DNA from: a virus
DNA: 64,000 bases
Reading direction: 5' to 3' (one strand)
IMG/VR virus record: IMGVR_UViG_3300021962_000025
Coordinates: 96,001-160,000 of that record
Positions within the stretch are counted from its first letter, which is position 1. The number at the start of each line of letters is the position of its first letter. Shown one piece after another: positions 9,684-19,888 of this stretch. The position numbers and the translations under genes were made by a program. A model generated the notes under the pieces. That model worked only from the letters and a program-made list of their open reading frames with translations, was not told where the DNA came from and ran no database searches.

Positions 9684-10658
9684 ATGACTGAAAAGATTTT
9701 ACAAGAAAATCAGGGACGTTTCGTCCTTTTTCCTATCGAACATCATGACATATGGAAGTTCTATAAACAACAAGAAGCGTCATTTTGGACTGCGGAAGAA
9801 ATTGATTTAGCTCAAGATATAAGTGACTGGTCAAATAAATTAAACGACGATGAAAGACACTTTGTTAAACACGTTCTGGCATTCTTTGCTGCCTCTGATG
9901 GTATTGTGAATGAGAATTTGGCGGAGAATTTTGTAAATGAAGTTCAATACACTGAGGCCAAATTCTTTTATGGGTTCCAAATTGCTATGGAGAACATTCA
10001 CAGTGAAACCTATTCATTGTTGATTGACACCTATATTAAAGATGTTGAGGAACAAAATTATTTGTTTAATGCAATTGAGACAATTCCTGCAATTAAGAAA
10101 AAGGCGTCGTGGGCACTTAAGTGGATCGAGTCTGATTCTTTTGCTGAAAGATTAATTGCATTCGCGGCGGTTGAGGGTATCTTCTTTTCAGGATCATTCT
10201 GTTCTATTTTCTGGCTCAAAAAACGTGGTTTAATGCCGGGACTTACATTCTCTAATGAATTAATTTCAAGAGATGAGGGGTTACATTGTGATTTTGCTTG
10301 TCACTTGTACAATGAGCACATTGAGAAAAAGTTATCACACAAACGAATTAAGGAGATCATCGTCTCCGCATTAGAGATTGAAAAGGAGTTTATTTTAGAG
10401 GCTCTACCTGTTAGATTAATTGGTATGAATGCCGACCTAATGTCTCAGTATTTGGAGTTTGTTGCTGACAGACTTTTAGATTCATTAGGGGTACCAAAAC
10501 ATTTTAATTCAGAAAACCCTTTTGATTTTATGCAAAACATCGCACTACAGGGTAAGACTAACTTCTTTGAGAAGAGAGTGGCTGAGTACCAAAAAGCGGG
10601 TGTGAATAAAGATGCCGAAGAGGATTTAGATTCCGCTTTTGGTGATATGGATTTTTAA
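9684..10658 (+). CDS. nrdB: Ribonucleotide reductase class Ia beta subunit
   Basis: [22 protein letters not shown] (ExxH plus radical Tyr), [28 protein letters not shown]. Confidence 0.97.
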   Translation: MTEKILQENQGRFVLFPIEHHDIWKFYKQQEASFWTAEEIDLAQDISDWSNKLNDDERHFVKHVLAFFAASDGIVNENLAENFVNEVQYTEAKFFYGFQIAMENIHSETYSLLIDTYIKDVEEQNYLFNAIETIPAIKKKASWALKWIESDSFAERLIAFAAVEGIFFSGSFCSIFWLKKRGLMPGLTFSNELISRDEGLHCDFACHLYNEHIEKKLSHKRIKEIIVSALEIEKEFILEALPVRLIGMNADLMSQYLEFVADRLLDSLGVPKHFNSENPFDFMQNIALQGKTNFFEKRVAEYQKAGVNKDAEEDLDSAFGDMDF

Positions 10659-10672
10659 AAATTTGAAATAAG

Positions 10673-13126
10673 ATGAAGGTAAAAAAGAGAGACGGGTCCT
10701 TAGAGGAAATGAGATATGATAAGATCACAAGAAGAATTTCTGCCTTGTGTTCTGACTTAAATTTAGATTATGTGGATCCCACATATATTACCCTTAAGGT
10801 TACACAGGGAATATACGATGGAATATCAACCACTGAGTTAGATGTATTGGCGGCGGAAACTGCGGCGTCGATGACAACAACACATCCTGATTACGCAAGG
10901 TTATCGGGACGTATCGCAGTGACTAACCTACATAAAACAACCCCAAAAAAATTCTCACAGTCTATAAAGGAACTCTACTCATTTATTGAGCCAAGAACTG
11001 GTGTCGAATCTTCATTGATTTCTGACGAGTTATATGAATTCGTCATGAAAAATAGGTCTATAGTCGATGGTGCCATTGTACAAGAGAGAGACTTTGATTT
11101 TGACTATTTTGGGTTTAAAACCTTGGAAAGATCTTATCTTTTAAAAATAAGTGACCGAATAGTGGAAAGACCACAATACATGTACATGAGGGTTGCTCTC
11201 GGTATTTGTAATGGTGATTTGGAAATGGGTCTTAAAATATATGACGACCTATCACAACATTTCTATACACATGCAACCCCAACCCTTTTTAATGCGGGGA
11301 CTAGAAGACCACAAATGTCTTCATGTTTTCTAATTGGTAACAAGGGTGATGATATTAATGGATTATTTGATACAATAAAAGACGTGGCAAATATTTCCAA
11401 GTGGGCAGGTGGTATCGGTCTTCACGTACATGATGTGAGAGCCAAGGGTTCTTATATTAAGGGAACGGGTGGAGAATCCGACGGATTAATCCCAATGATG
11501 AAAACTTATAACGAGGTTGCTCGTTGGATTAATCAGGGTGGTAAAAGAAAGGGATCGTTCGCGGTTTATTTGGAACCATGGCACTCAGACATCTTTGAAT
11601 TTATTGATCTGAGAAAAAACCATGGTAAGGAGGAGATGAGAGCAAGGGATCTATTCCTCGCTATGTGGACTCCCGATTTATTTATGGAACGTGTTGAACA
11701 AGATGGGGATTGGACTCTGTTCTCACCCAATGAAGCACCTGGATTGTCTGATGTCTACGACTCACCCGACAGTAAAAACTTTACAGAATTGTATACACAA
11801 TATGAAAGTGAAGGTAGAGGACGTAGAGTTATCAAGGCGAGAAAATTAATGGATGCCATTTTGACAGCACAGATTGAGACAGGAACGCCTTATATGTTGT
11901 ATAAGGATGCTGCAAACTATAAGTCAAATCAACAAAATTTAGGTACCATCAAGTCATCTAATTTGTGTACCGAGATTATTGAATACAGTTCACCAACGGA
12001 ACAGGCAGTATGTAATCTTGCATCTATTGCTTTACCTAAGTATATTATAGACGGTGAGTTTAGTCATGAACTTTTGTATGAGTATGTCTATCAAGTTGTT
12101 AGAAACTTAAACAACGTTATTGACCTAAACTTTTACCCTACCGAGGAAACAAAAAGATCTAACTTTAGACACAGACCTGTTGGTTTAGGTGTACAAGGTT
12201 TGGCAGATGTTTTCTGTATGTTGAGATTACCTTTTGAAAGCGAGGAGGCGGATAAATTACAAACAGATATTTTTGAGACAATCTATTTTGCGGCTATGAC
12301 CTCATCAAAGGATTTATCAAAAGAAGTTGGACCGTATGAATCTATTTCAGGATCTCCTGTTGAAAAGGGGGTCTTCCAATACCAAATGTGGGGACTTAAA
12401 GATAAAGACCTATCTGGTAGATGGGATTGGACATCACTCAGAAAAGAAGTGGTTAAATTTGGTGTAAGAAATTCACTATTGTTCGCTCCGATGCCAACCG
12501 CATCCACCGCACAGATATTAGGTAATAATGAGGCGTTTGAACCATTTACAACAAATCTTTATTCTCGTAGAACTTTAGGTGGTGAGTTTATTGTTATAAA
12601 TAAACATCTAGTAAAAGAGTTAATGAGTAGTGGATTCTGGAATGATGAGATTAAGGATAAACTCATAATGGAAAATGGGTCGGTTCAAAACATTCCTGAA
12701 ATACCAACAGAAATTAAAGAAATTTATAAAACTGTTTGGGAAATGTCTCAGAAACGATTGCTAAACATGGCGGCTAATAGATCGGTATTTATTGATCAAT
12801 CACAATCATTAAATCTTTTTATTAGTAATGCCACTAAAGCGAAGTTATTGGCCGCTCATTTACATGGATGGAAATTGGGTCTTAAAACGGGTATGTATTA
12901 TTTAAGAACAAGATCTGCGGTTGACCCACTTAAAGGGTTGGGTATTAGTACTACTAAAACACAACCTCTCCCCGAACAAACTGTAAATGAAACTATAGAA
13001 CATAAAGAAAATCCAACACCTACGTCAAATTCTTTGTTAAGTGACAACACGGTGTTAGAAATGGTATCACAACCAACCATAAGACCTGATGACTCTCCGT
13101 TTGATTGTGAAGGTTGTGGTTCTTAA
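10673..13126 (+). CDS. nrdA: Ribonucleotide reductase class Ia alpha subunit with N-terminal ATP-cone
   Basis: ATP-cone MKVKKRDG; QMSSCFL, SNLCTEI, AVCNLAS, APMPTAST, GMYYLR; C-terminal CEGCGS. Confidence 0.97.
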   Translation: MKVKKRDGSLEEMRYDKITRRISALCSDLNLDYVDPTYITLKVTQGIYDGISTTELDVLAAETAASMTTTHPDYARLSGRIAVTNLHKTTPKKFSQSIKELYSFIEPRTGVESSLISDELYEFVMKNRSIVDGAIVQERDFDFDYFGFKTLERSYLLKISDRIVERPQYMYMRVALGICNGDLEMGLKIYDDLSQHFYTHATPTLFNAGTRRPQMSSCFLIGNKGDDINGLFDTIKDVANISKWAGGIGLHVHDVRAKGSYIKGTGGESDGLIPMMKTYNEVARWINQGGKRKGSFAVYLEPWHSDIFEFIDLRKNHGKEEMRARDLFLAMWTPDLFMERVEQDGDWTLFSPNEAPGLSDVYDSPDSKNFTELYTQYESEGRGRRVIKARKLMDAILTAQIETGTPYMLYKDAANYKSNQQNLGTIKSSNLCTEIIEYSSPTEQAVCNLASIALPKYIIDGEFSHELLYEYVYQVVRNLNNVIDLNFYPTEETKRSNFRHRPVGLGVQGLADVFCMLRLPFESEEADKLQTDIFETIYFAAMTSSKDLSKEVGPYESISGSPVEKGVFQYQMWGLKDKDLSGRWDWTSLRKEVVKFGVRNSLLFAPMPTASTAQILGNNEAFEPFTTNLYSRRTLGGEFIVINKHLVKELMSSGFWNDEIKDKLIMENGSVQNIPEIPTEIKEIYKTVWEMSQKRLLNMAANRSVFIDQSQSLNLFISNATKAKLLAAHLHGWKLGLKTGMYYLRTRSAVDPLKGLGISTTKTQPLPEQTVNETIEHKENPTPTSNSLLSDNTVLEMVSQPTIRPDDSPFDCEGCGS

Positions 13127-13150
13127 TTGATTTTTTAATCTCGTTTTTTT

Positions 13151-13176
13151 AACCCCTCGATATCGAGGGGTTTTTT
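13151..13176 (+). terminator. Rho-independent terminator after nrdA
   Basis: Perfect 22-bp palindrome aacccctcgatatcgaggggtt followed by a T-run. Confidence 0.85.
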
Positions 13177-13213
13177 ATTTACACTCATTTTACTATTGAA
13201 TATATTTATTAGT

Positions 13214-13666
13214 ATGGCAGTAACCTATGGAATTGATTTCCCCTTTAGGGAAAGTGTAACAGGAGATTATTTTAAAATGACGACCTCACCTGAAAAAGAG
13301 GTTCGTGCTAACCTTATACACCTTATTTTAACTAAAAAAGGTAGTAGATTTTATTTACCTGATTTTGGTACGAGAATTTACGAATATATTTTCGATCAAA
13401 ATGATATGGTTACATTTAATTTAATTGAGGAAGAAATCAGAGAGGGTTGTAGAAAATATTTACCTAATCTAGATATTAATTCTATAAAAGTAATTTCTGC
13501 GGAAGAAGACCCCACATCACATTCTAAAGTAGATGAAGATGATGATGAGAGACTATTCAGATTAGCGGACGAATCTACTAAACCGTATACTGCGAAAGTG
13601 AAGATAGATTACACTGTTAATGATGGTGCCTTTTCCTCTTCAGATTTCGTTATAATTAACATATAA
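13214..13666 (+). CDS. Baseplate wedge protein, T4 gp25-like
   Basis: GIDFPF start, EVRANLIHLILTKKGSRFYLPDFGTRIYEYIFD, KYLPNLDI. ATG 13214 is preferred over the track start 13196 because it follows TATTTAT at 13203-13209. Confidence 0.85.
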   Translation: MAVTYGIDFPFRESVTGDYFKMTTSPEKEVRANLIHLILTKKGSRFYLPDFGTRIYEYIFDQNDMVTFNLIEEEIREGCRKYLPNLDINSIKVISAEEDPTSHSKVDEDDDERLFRLADESTKPYTAKVKIDYTVNDGAFSSSDFVIINI

Positions 13667-13667
13667 G

Positions 13668-15500
13668 ATGAGTAAAAAAATATCATACGCAAAAAGAGAC
13701 TTTGCGGGTCTTAGACAGGAATTAGTTAATTTAACTAAGGATTATTATCCCGATTTAGTTAAAAACACTAATGATGCCTCAATATATTCTGTTTTATTAG
13801 ATATAAACGCAGCGATTGGTGATAATTTACATTATCACATAGATAGAGTTTGGCAAGAGACTATGTTGGATTTTGCTCAACAAAGAAGATCACTTTTTCA
13901 TATTGCTAAGACGTATGGTATCAGAATACCTGGAAATAGACCATCTGTTGCTCTTTGTGATTTTACCATTAATGTACCTGTAAGGGGTGACAAGGAAGAT
14001 GAAAGATATTTAGGTGTTCTAAAAGCGGGGGCTCAAGTTTCGGGTGGAGGACAAACATTTGAAACCATAGAAGACATAGACTTCTCAAACCCATTCAATA
14101 ATAAAGGAGAACCCAACAGATTAAAAATCCCAAATTTTGACACAAACAATAAATTAATATCCTACACCATTGTAAAAAGAGATGCGGTTGTTAACGGTGT
14201 ATCGAGGGTTTTTAGAAGAGTTATCTCATCACAAGATCAGAAACCATTTTTTAAAATTTATTTACCTGAATCAAATGTTTTGGGAGTTACATCAATAATT
14301 CATAAAGAGGGTACCAACTATACTTCAAACCCAACATCATCTGAATTTATGACAGGTACCAATAGATGGTATGAGGTTAAAAGTTTGATGGAAAATAAAG
14401 TGTTTATTCCTAACAAGACCTCTACATCAGATACGTCCAATTTTACTGCGGGAGAATATATGACCGTTAATAATAAATTTATTAGTGAGTATACACCCGA
14501 AGGTTTTATGTCAGTAACCTTTGGTTCAGGTGCCATAGACCCACTTGAGAATTTGGATTCTTTTAACGATGGTACACTTAAGGTAAATTTAGGTACCTAT
14601 TTAAACAACCTATCCTTAGGTGCCACACCTAAAACCAACTCGACCATTTTTATAAAATATAGAGTCGGTGGAGGTAAAGACACCAACTTAGGAGTTAATG
14701 TTATTACTAGTGTCGATAATGTAGAGTTTAATGTGAGTGGACCCCTAACCAATGTTAATAATCAGGTTGTACAATCATTAAATGTGACGAATATAACGCC
14801 TGCGGTAGGTGGGGCGGACCAACCAACTGTTGAGGAAATTAGAAATATGGTTGGATATAACTTTGCGGCTCAAAATAGGGCGGTGACTCTTAACGATTAC
14901 AAGTCACTAATTGAGACCATGCCCTCAACGTTCGGTGCTCCGGCAAAGGTCAACGTAATGGAAGAAGATAATAAAGTAAAAATAAAATTATTGTCTTACG
15001 ATGATCAAGGTAATTTGACAGATACTGTTTCTAATACCCTTAAAAATAACATATTAAGATACCTCACCAATTATAGAATGATCAACGACTATATTGATAT
15101 ACAAAGTGGGGAAGTTGTGGATTTTGGTTTAGAATTGGATTTGTTAGTTGATAAGAATATAAATCAGTCTGAAATTTTAAAAGAGGTAATAACACAAGCA
15201 ACTGACTTCTTTAATATTAATAATAGAAAAATGGGTGACCCACTTTATGTTGGTGAGTTACAAAAAACTATTTCAGATATTGTTGGTATAGTAAACGTTG
15301 TTGATGTCAGAGTTTTTGGTAAAACAGGTGGGGAGTACTCTACCGCAGAGATAAGTCAAGGGTATTCAGATGAGAATACTAAACAAATCTCACAATCGGA
15401 CTCAACAATATTCATGAAAAGTAATCAGATTTTCCAAATTAGGTTCCCTAATAAAGACATTAAAGTTAGGGTCAAATCATTGGGTTCCACTACATACTAA
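13668..15500 (+). CDS. Baseplate wedge subunit, T4 gp6 / baseplate J-like
   Basis: YAKRDFAGLRQEL, SLFHIAKTYG, KYRVGGGKDTN, GGADQPTVEEIR, QNRAVTLNDY. Confidence 0.9.
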   Translation: MSKKISYAKRDFAGLRQELVNLTKDYYPDLVKNTNDASIYSVLLDINAAIGDNLHYHIDRVWQETMLDFAQQRRSLFHIAKTYGIRIPGNRPSVALCDFTINVPVRGDKEDERYLGVLKAGAQVSGGGQTFETIEDIDFSNPFNNKGEPNRLKIPNFDTNNKLISYTIVKRDAVVNGVSRVFRRVISSQDQKPFFKIYLPESNVLGVTSIIHKEGTNYTSNPTSSEFMTGTNRWYEVKSLMENKVFIPNKTSTSDTSNFTAGEYMTVNNKFISEYTPEGFMSVTFGSGAIDPLENLDSFNDGTLKVNLGTYLNNLSLGATPKTNSTIFIKYRVGGGKDTNLGVNVITSVDNVEFNVSGPLTNVNNQVVQSLNVTNITPAVGGADQPTVEEIRNMVGYNFAAQNRAVTLNDYKSLIETMPSTFGAPAKVNVMEEDNKVKIKLLSYDDQGNLTDTVSNTLKNNILRYLTNYRMINDYIDIQSGEVVDFGLELDLLVDKNINQSEILKEVITQATDFFNINNRKMGDPLYVGELQKTISDIVGIVNVVDVRVFGKTGGEYSTAEISQGYSDENTKQISQSDSTIFMKSNQIFQIRFPNKDIKVRVKSLGSTTY

Positions 15501-15559
15501 AATTCTTTTTCTGTATTATTATTAATTAAGGAAAATAGGTTCTAATCTATTTATATGAT

Positions 15560-18500
15560 ATGGTACAGAAGCATCGTATACTTACGGAAATTGGTAAGGA
15601 TCAAAAGATCACTGTTGAGTTAAAACAGGATTATGATCTTTTAGAAATTCTTTCATTAAAATTCACACAACAAGAGGCATATACGTCTCTTTGCGCTGAC
15701 TACGGTGTTGTGTGCGGTAGAATATCTGTAAATGATGGGTTCGGTGTACCAAACGCTAGAGTTTCAATATTTGTTCCTTTAAGTGATGAGGACGCTGAAG
15801 ACCCTGTCATAAAATCTCTCTACCCCTACACTACTACGGTTGATAGAAATGATGCTGGGTATAGATATAATTTACTCCCTTCTAGAAAACAACATTCAGG
15901 ACACACACCAACGGGAACATTTCCCGATCAGGAAGACATCTTAACTAGAGAAGAGGTTTTAGAAGTCTATGAAAAATATTATAAGTACACTGTAAAAACA
16001 AATGATTCGGGGGACTTCATGATATGGGGGGTTCCAGTTGGAAGTCAAACCTTACATGCGGAGGTTGACCTATCAGACATGGGATGTCAATCTATGGTCC
16101 CATATGATTTTATATATGAAGGAACCTCACCTGAAAAATTTGAGAATGGTTATACATATATGTCTTCGGACAATATTGATGGTCTTCCTCAGATAGTGAC
16201 TTTTGAAAAAACAATAGAAGTCTATCCATTTTGGGGTAATCAGGACCTATGTGAAATAGGGATAACCAGAACGGATTTTGATTTAAAAGAACAGGGTATT
16301 AGAATTGAACCATATGCAATAATGATGGGTGGTACATTTACCGACTCGGGAAAAGACGCATTAAGGGTTAATTGTAATGTCGACAACCAAATGGGTGAGA
16401 AGTGTAGACTCACAACATTTAAGGGAGATATTGAGGCCATAAGATTTAGTGGTGTGTTTGAAAAAAATTCAGACGGAACGACAAATTACTCCAGACCAAT
16501 ATTAGAAGCCATATCAATTGATAGTCAAATAGATGAACATGGACGTTTCTTCTTTAGAGTTCCAATGAACACGAGAAGATTGGTTACAGATGAATTTGGA
16601 AATCTAGTTGAGACTAAGGACCCTAGAAAGGGTATTGCCACAGAAGGAACTTACAGATTTAGGTTTTCTCTGAATGAAGATACGGGTGAAAGAAATAGGT
16701 ACACGGCTAAATTCTTAGTACCAAATATTAGGGAAATACATACGGATGATCTTGGGAGTGAGTTGGGTAGATCGGCGACGATTGATAAAAAATCGTACGC
16801 TTTCTCCACCAATTTGGACGATTACCCTGATATCATGATCCCTTATATGACCGGAACAGATTCTCAAAGCATTGCCGAGGGTAAGTTTGGTGTGCCACAG
16901 GACTATTTTTATAGTTTAAGGTATAATAGGGTTTACACTGTCACACAATATATAAATAAATATTTTAAACAAAGTTCACTCGAATCTCGATTCAATTTCC
17001 TTGTTAGAGATAGGAGGGAATCGTTCATTGGAATTAAAGAGATTTGGCCGGCTGAAAAGGATGACTGCGCCCAAACAAACAATTATTTCCCAATTAACGA
17101 GGCGGTAAGAAATCATAGGTTTAATTTCTTTATCATTTCATTCTTAATATTATTAGAACAGGCGTTCAACACTATCACTCTTTTTATTAAAGAATTTGTT
17201 TTGAAACTTTTATTTGACCTGGCCGACACTATTCAAGGTTTCCCATTTAAGAAAATAAAACAACTCGGTAATGATCTTATGATTTTTACTAAAAAACTCC
17301 AATTTAGTTATATCAGTAGATTTAGTTTAGTCACCTATCCCGATTGCCAAAAATGTACGGAGGATAATATAAATGACGATCTTCTAAATTTGGTTGGAGA
17401 GGTTGACATTAACGAGGTACGAGATGGTACTGTTGGGACATTGGTTTTTGAAAATCAGGATATGGTAGAGCAGTATACAACATCATTGGGTAGTGGTTGT
17501 AGGGAGTATTCGGTTACCGAAACAAGTGGTGTATCAGGTACCATATTTTCTTATACTGTATGTGGGGGTAATAGTGCCACATATAATATGGGTGCGGGAG
17601 AAGTGAAGACCATTTACTCAGAAACCACCCCCACCGCAACTAGTGGAACAATAACTGTTGTGGATAATGGTAGTGCTAGTGGTTCTAACTTAGATACTGA
17701 TTTATATTTTACAACCGCACAAAAACAAACAATACAAAGTGCGGCGTGGAGTAATGGTGATATAGATACCCATCGTTATGTTTTGGAGGTTGAGATCGTC
17801 CCCTCAAGTGTTGGTGAGGCAGATCCACAAGGATTTGATTTAACGGGGTCGAACGATCATTATTATTATTTTATAATAGGTAATGCGGCTCAATACCCTA
17901 TTGATGAAGGTGATTATTCCATAAACGGTTTGTATGGAGATATAGCCGAAACCATCGCCTTAATTTATAACAAAAACATTGATGAGACAGTAAACAACAC
18001 TTGTCACACATCACAAGGTAGTGTGAAAATTAAAAGATTAATTTATATCGATACACCTGAGGTTGATACACTATCATCAAATATAGAAGAAGGGTGTTCT
18101 AAATATGACACCATATATGATCCTGACGGTAAAATGAATTTAGTGGCACTAACATTACCCACTGGTGATGGTATTCCATTAAGTGGTGGAACAACCACTT
18201 ATGGTAATTTAACCGGATCTCCCTATAATGTTGGTATGATAACATCCGAAGATTTAAACAGTATCGGGTTCGATGGTTCAACATACGCAGGTGTAAGGGA
18301 TTTTCTTATTTCAAGAAATTACCACGGAGAAAATCTAACCGCAAGTAACAGCCCTTTAAATAATCCATGGTTAAATCGGGGTTCTAACAATACAAATGTG
18401 GTAAAATATCCGTGGCCATTATATAACCAATTGGATGGGTCTTATGATATTTCGTGGGGAGATGATGAAGATCCGTGTGGTGTAAGACCTCAAAAAAATT

Positions 18501-19888
18501 ATGCGGCTGTTGTGTCTCTATATACTCGTAATGGGGTTGCTGATGGACGTTGGTGGCAAAATAGATCGTATCGTTGTATTGTTGGCGCACCATTTAAGGC
18601 AAGGGCAAACAAAAAAAGAAGAAAGACCAAGACCGGTAACTATATGGATCCTGAAAATAAAGGGACTATTTCTGGATACTCAGAATTTAGAGACGGAGTT
18701 TATGCAATCGTCCCATTAGCGGGTAGAAACACACAATTATTAAATGATTATATAAGAAGAAAAAGATTAGGTATGATTATGTGTGGTGGAATTACCTCAT
18801 ATATTTTTACCGATAGCTGGTTATCAGGTGCGTTGTACTTCTTCCAATTTATGAAAAGAGGGTCTTCAGATTCTAAGAGGTACTGTACGGATAATCTTGT
18901 CCACGTTAAAGATGACAATGGAACCCATTTTTATTATAGGTCAACCCCATGGTCACCTGATTATAACCCGAATAGTTCTGACTATAATAAGGGGTTTTTT
19001 GGACAAAACAGGTTCCCACTTCAAACAGCATCAAGAAAAGAAATCAATTACCCAACGACCATCATTGATTTAGGTCCAAGAACTAGTTGGATTAATGAGG
19101 TTTGTGTGGATCCCGAACTAGACCCAAACTGTTCTGTCGTGAGGAGTATAGGGTCAACATCATATAAACCGATTGATGATTTAATGGAATATGTCCTACA
19201 ATCAAAAGAAATAAAGGAAAAAGGTAGGTTAGATGCTGAAGATTTATTTGATGTGAGAGGTCGTGGTAGAATGGATGGTGATATTGTACAACTCTTAAAT
19301 TATAATACACAAACAGGTATATATCCGTTTGAAATTGAGGAGGCGGATTCACCCTATTTAGAATACATTGACAATTTCGACGGTGTCGGACCTGTGGGTA
19401 TAAATTTTATTTATTCTGAGGACGACCCTGATACCGAGACGGTCGAATATAATGGATATAGAATTAGGGTTTGTCTTAATAAACCTGGGTATTTGGGAGA
19501 TAAGTCACAATATGTACCATACTATAGATGGAATACGTGGGGTCACGGTTTTGGTGACAAGACGGCATTTGCCAATGCGGGTAAAGGAGAGGCGCAAGAT
19601 TGGATGGACAACATTATCTATACCCAAAGGATCCAAGAGATGAAGGGTAACATGAATTTAGATCAGAATAATAATTCATCGGATGATTACTACTACGATG
19701 CATACGCACTACCCCCAATTAGAGATTGTTTGGAAATTAATGGTGTGGCATCACAAGAAAATGATAACTATAAAGAGTATAATGGTAACCACCACATGGA
19801 GTTAACCGGACCTTTCCACTACGTATTTGGAATAAGGAAGGGAAATACCGCGTGGGATAAATTCGTTGAAATGTACGGACCCAAATAA
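15560..19888 (+). CDS. Large baseplate/tail structural protein with N-terminal carboxypeptidase-regulatory-like beta domain
   Basis: YGVVCGRISVNDGFGVPNARVSIF and TNDSGDFMIWGVPVG; located directly after the gp6-like gene; upstream TATTTAT at 15548. Confidence 0.6.
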   Translation: MVQKHRILTEIGKDQKITVELKQDYDLLEILSLKFTQQEAYTSLCADYGVVCGRISVNDGFGVPNARVSIFVPLSDEDAEDPVIKSLYPYTTTVDRNDAGYRYNLLPSRKQHSGHTPTGTFPDQEDILTREEVLEVYEKYYKYTVKTNDSGDFMIWGVPVGSQTLHAEVDLSDMGCQSMVPYDFIYEGTSPEKFENGYTYMSSDNIDGLPQIVTFEKTIEVYPFWGNQDLCEIGITRTDFDLKEQGIRIEPYAIMMGGTFTDSGKDALRVNCNVDNQMGEKCRLTTFKGDIEAIRFSGVFEKNSDGTTNYSRPILEAISIDSQIDEHGRFFFRVPMNTRRLVTDEFGNLVETKDPRKGIATEGTYRFRFSLNEDTGERNRYTAKFLVPNIREIHTDDLGSELGRSATIDKKSYAFSTNLDDYPDIMIPYMTGTDSQSIAEGKFGVPQDYFYSLRYNRVYTVTQYINKYFKQSSLESRFNFLVRDRRESFIGIKEIWPAEKDDCAQTNNYFPINEAVRNHRFNFFIISFLILLEQAFNTITLFIKEFVLKLLFDLADTIQGFPFKKIKQLGNDLMIFTKKLQFSYISRFSLVTYPDCQKCTEDNINDDLLNLVGEVDINEVRDGTVGTLVFENQDMVEQYTTSLGSGCREYSVTETSGVSGTIFSYTVCGGNSATYNMGAGEVKTIYSETTPTATSGTITVVDNGSASGSNLDTDLYFTTAQKQTIQSAAWSNGDIDTHRYVLEVEIVPSSVGEADPQGFDLTGSNDHYYYFIIGNAAQYPIDEGDYSINGLYGDIAETIALIYNKNIDETVNNTCHTSQGSVKIKRLIYIDTPEVDTLSSNIEEGCSKYDTIYDPDGKMNLVALTLPTGDGIPLSGGTTTYGNLTGSPYNVGMITSEDLNSIGFDGSTYAGVRDFLISRNYHGENLTASNSPLNNPWLNRGSNNTNVVKYPWPLYNQLDGSYDISWGDDEDPCGVRPQKNYAAVVSLYTRNGVADGRWWQNRSYRCIVGAPFKARANKKRRKTKTGNYMDPENKGTISGYSEFRDGVYAIVPLAGRNTQLLNDYIRRKRLGMIMCGGITSYIFTDSWLSGALYFFQFMKRGSSDSKRYCTDNLVHVKDDNGTHFYYRSTPWSPDYNPNSSDYNKGFFGQNRFPLQTASRKEINYPTTIIDLGPRTSWINEVCVDPELDPNCSVVRSIGSTSYKPIDDLMEYVLQSKEIKEKGRLDAEDLFDVRGRGRMDGDIVQLLNYNTQTGIYPFEIEEADSPYLEYIDNFDGVGPVGINFIYSEDDPDTETVEYNGYRIRVCLNKPGYLGDKSQYVPYYRWNTWGHGFGDKTAFANAGKGEAQDWMDNIIYTQRIQEMKGNMNLDQNNNSSDDYYYDAYALPPIRDCLEINGVASQENDNYKEYNGNHHMELTGPFHYVFGIRKGNTAWDKFVEMYGPK

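Noticed and set aside
5756-13126. Inteins or group I introns in recA, dnaB, nrdB and nrdA
   Set aside because: All are of normal length with contiguous motifs and no intein splice-junction signatures.
9684-13126. Eukaryotic or NCLDV origin suggested by the eukaryote-like RNR and cadherin/vWA domains
   Set aside because: Baseplate gp25/gp6-like genes, a bacterial sigma factor, ClpP and Rho-independent terminators indicate a bacteriophage; this RNR subtype also occurs in Bacteroidota.
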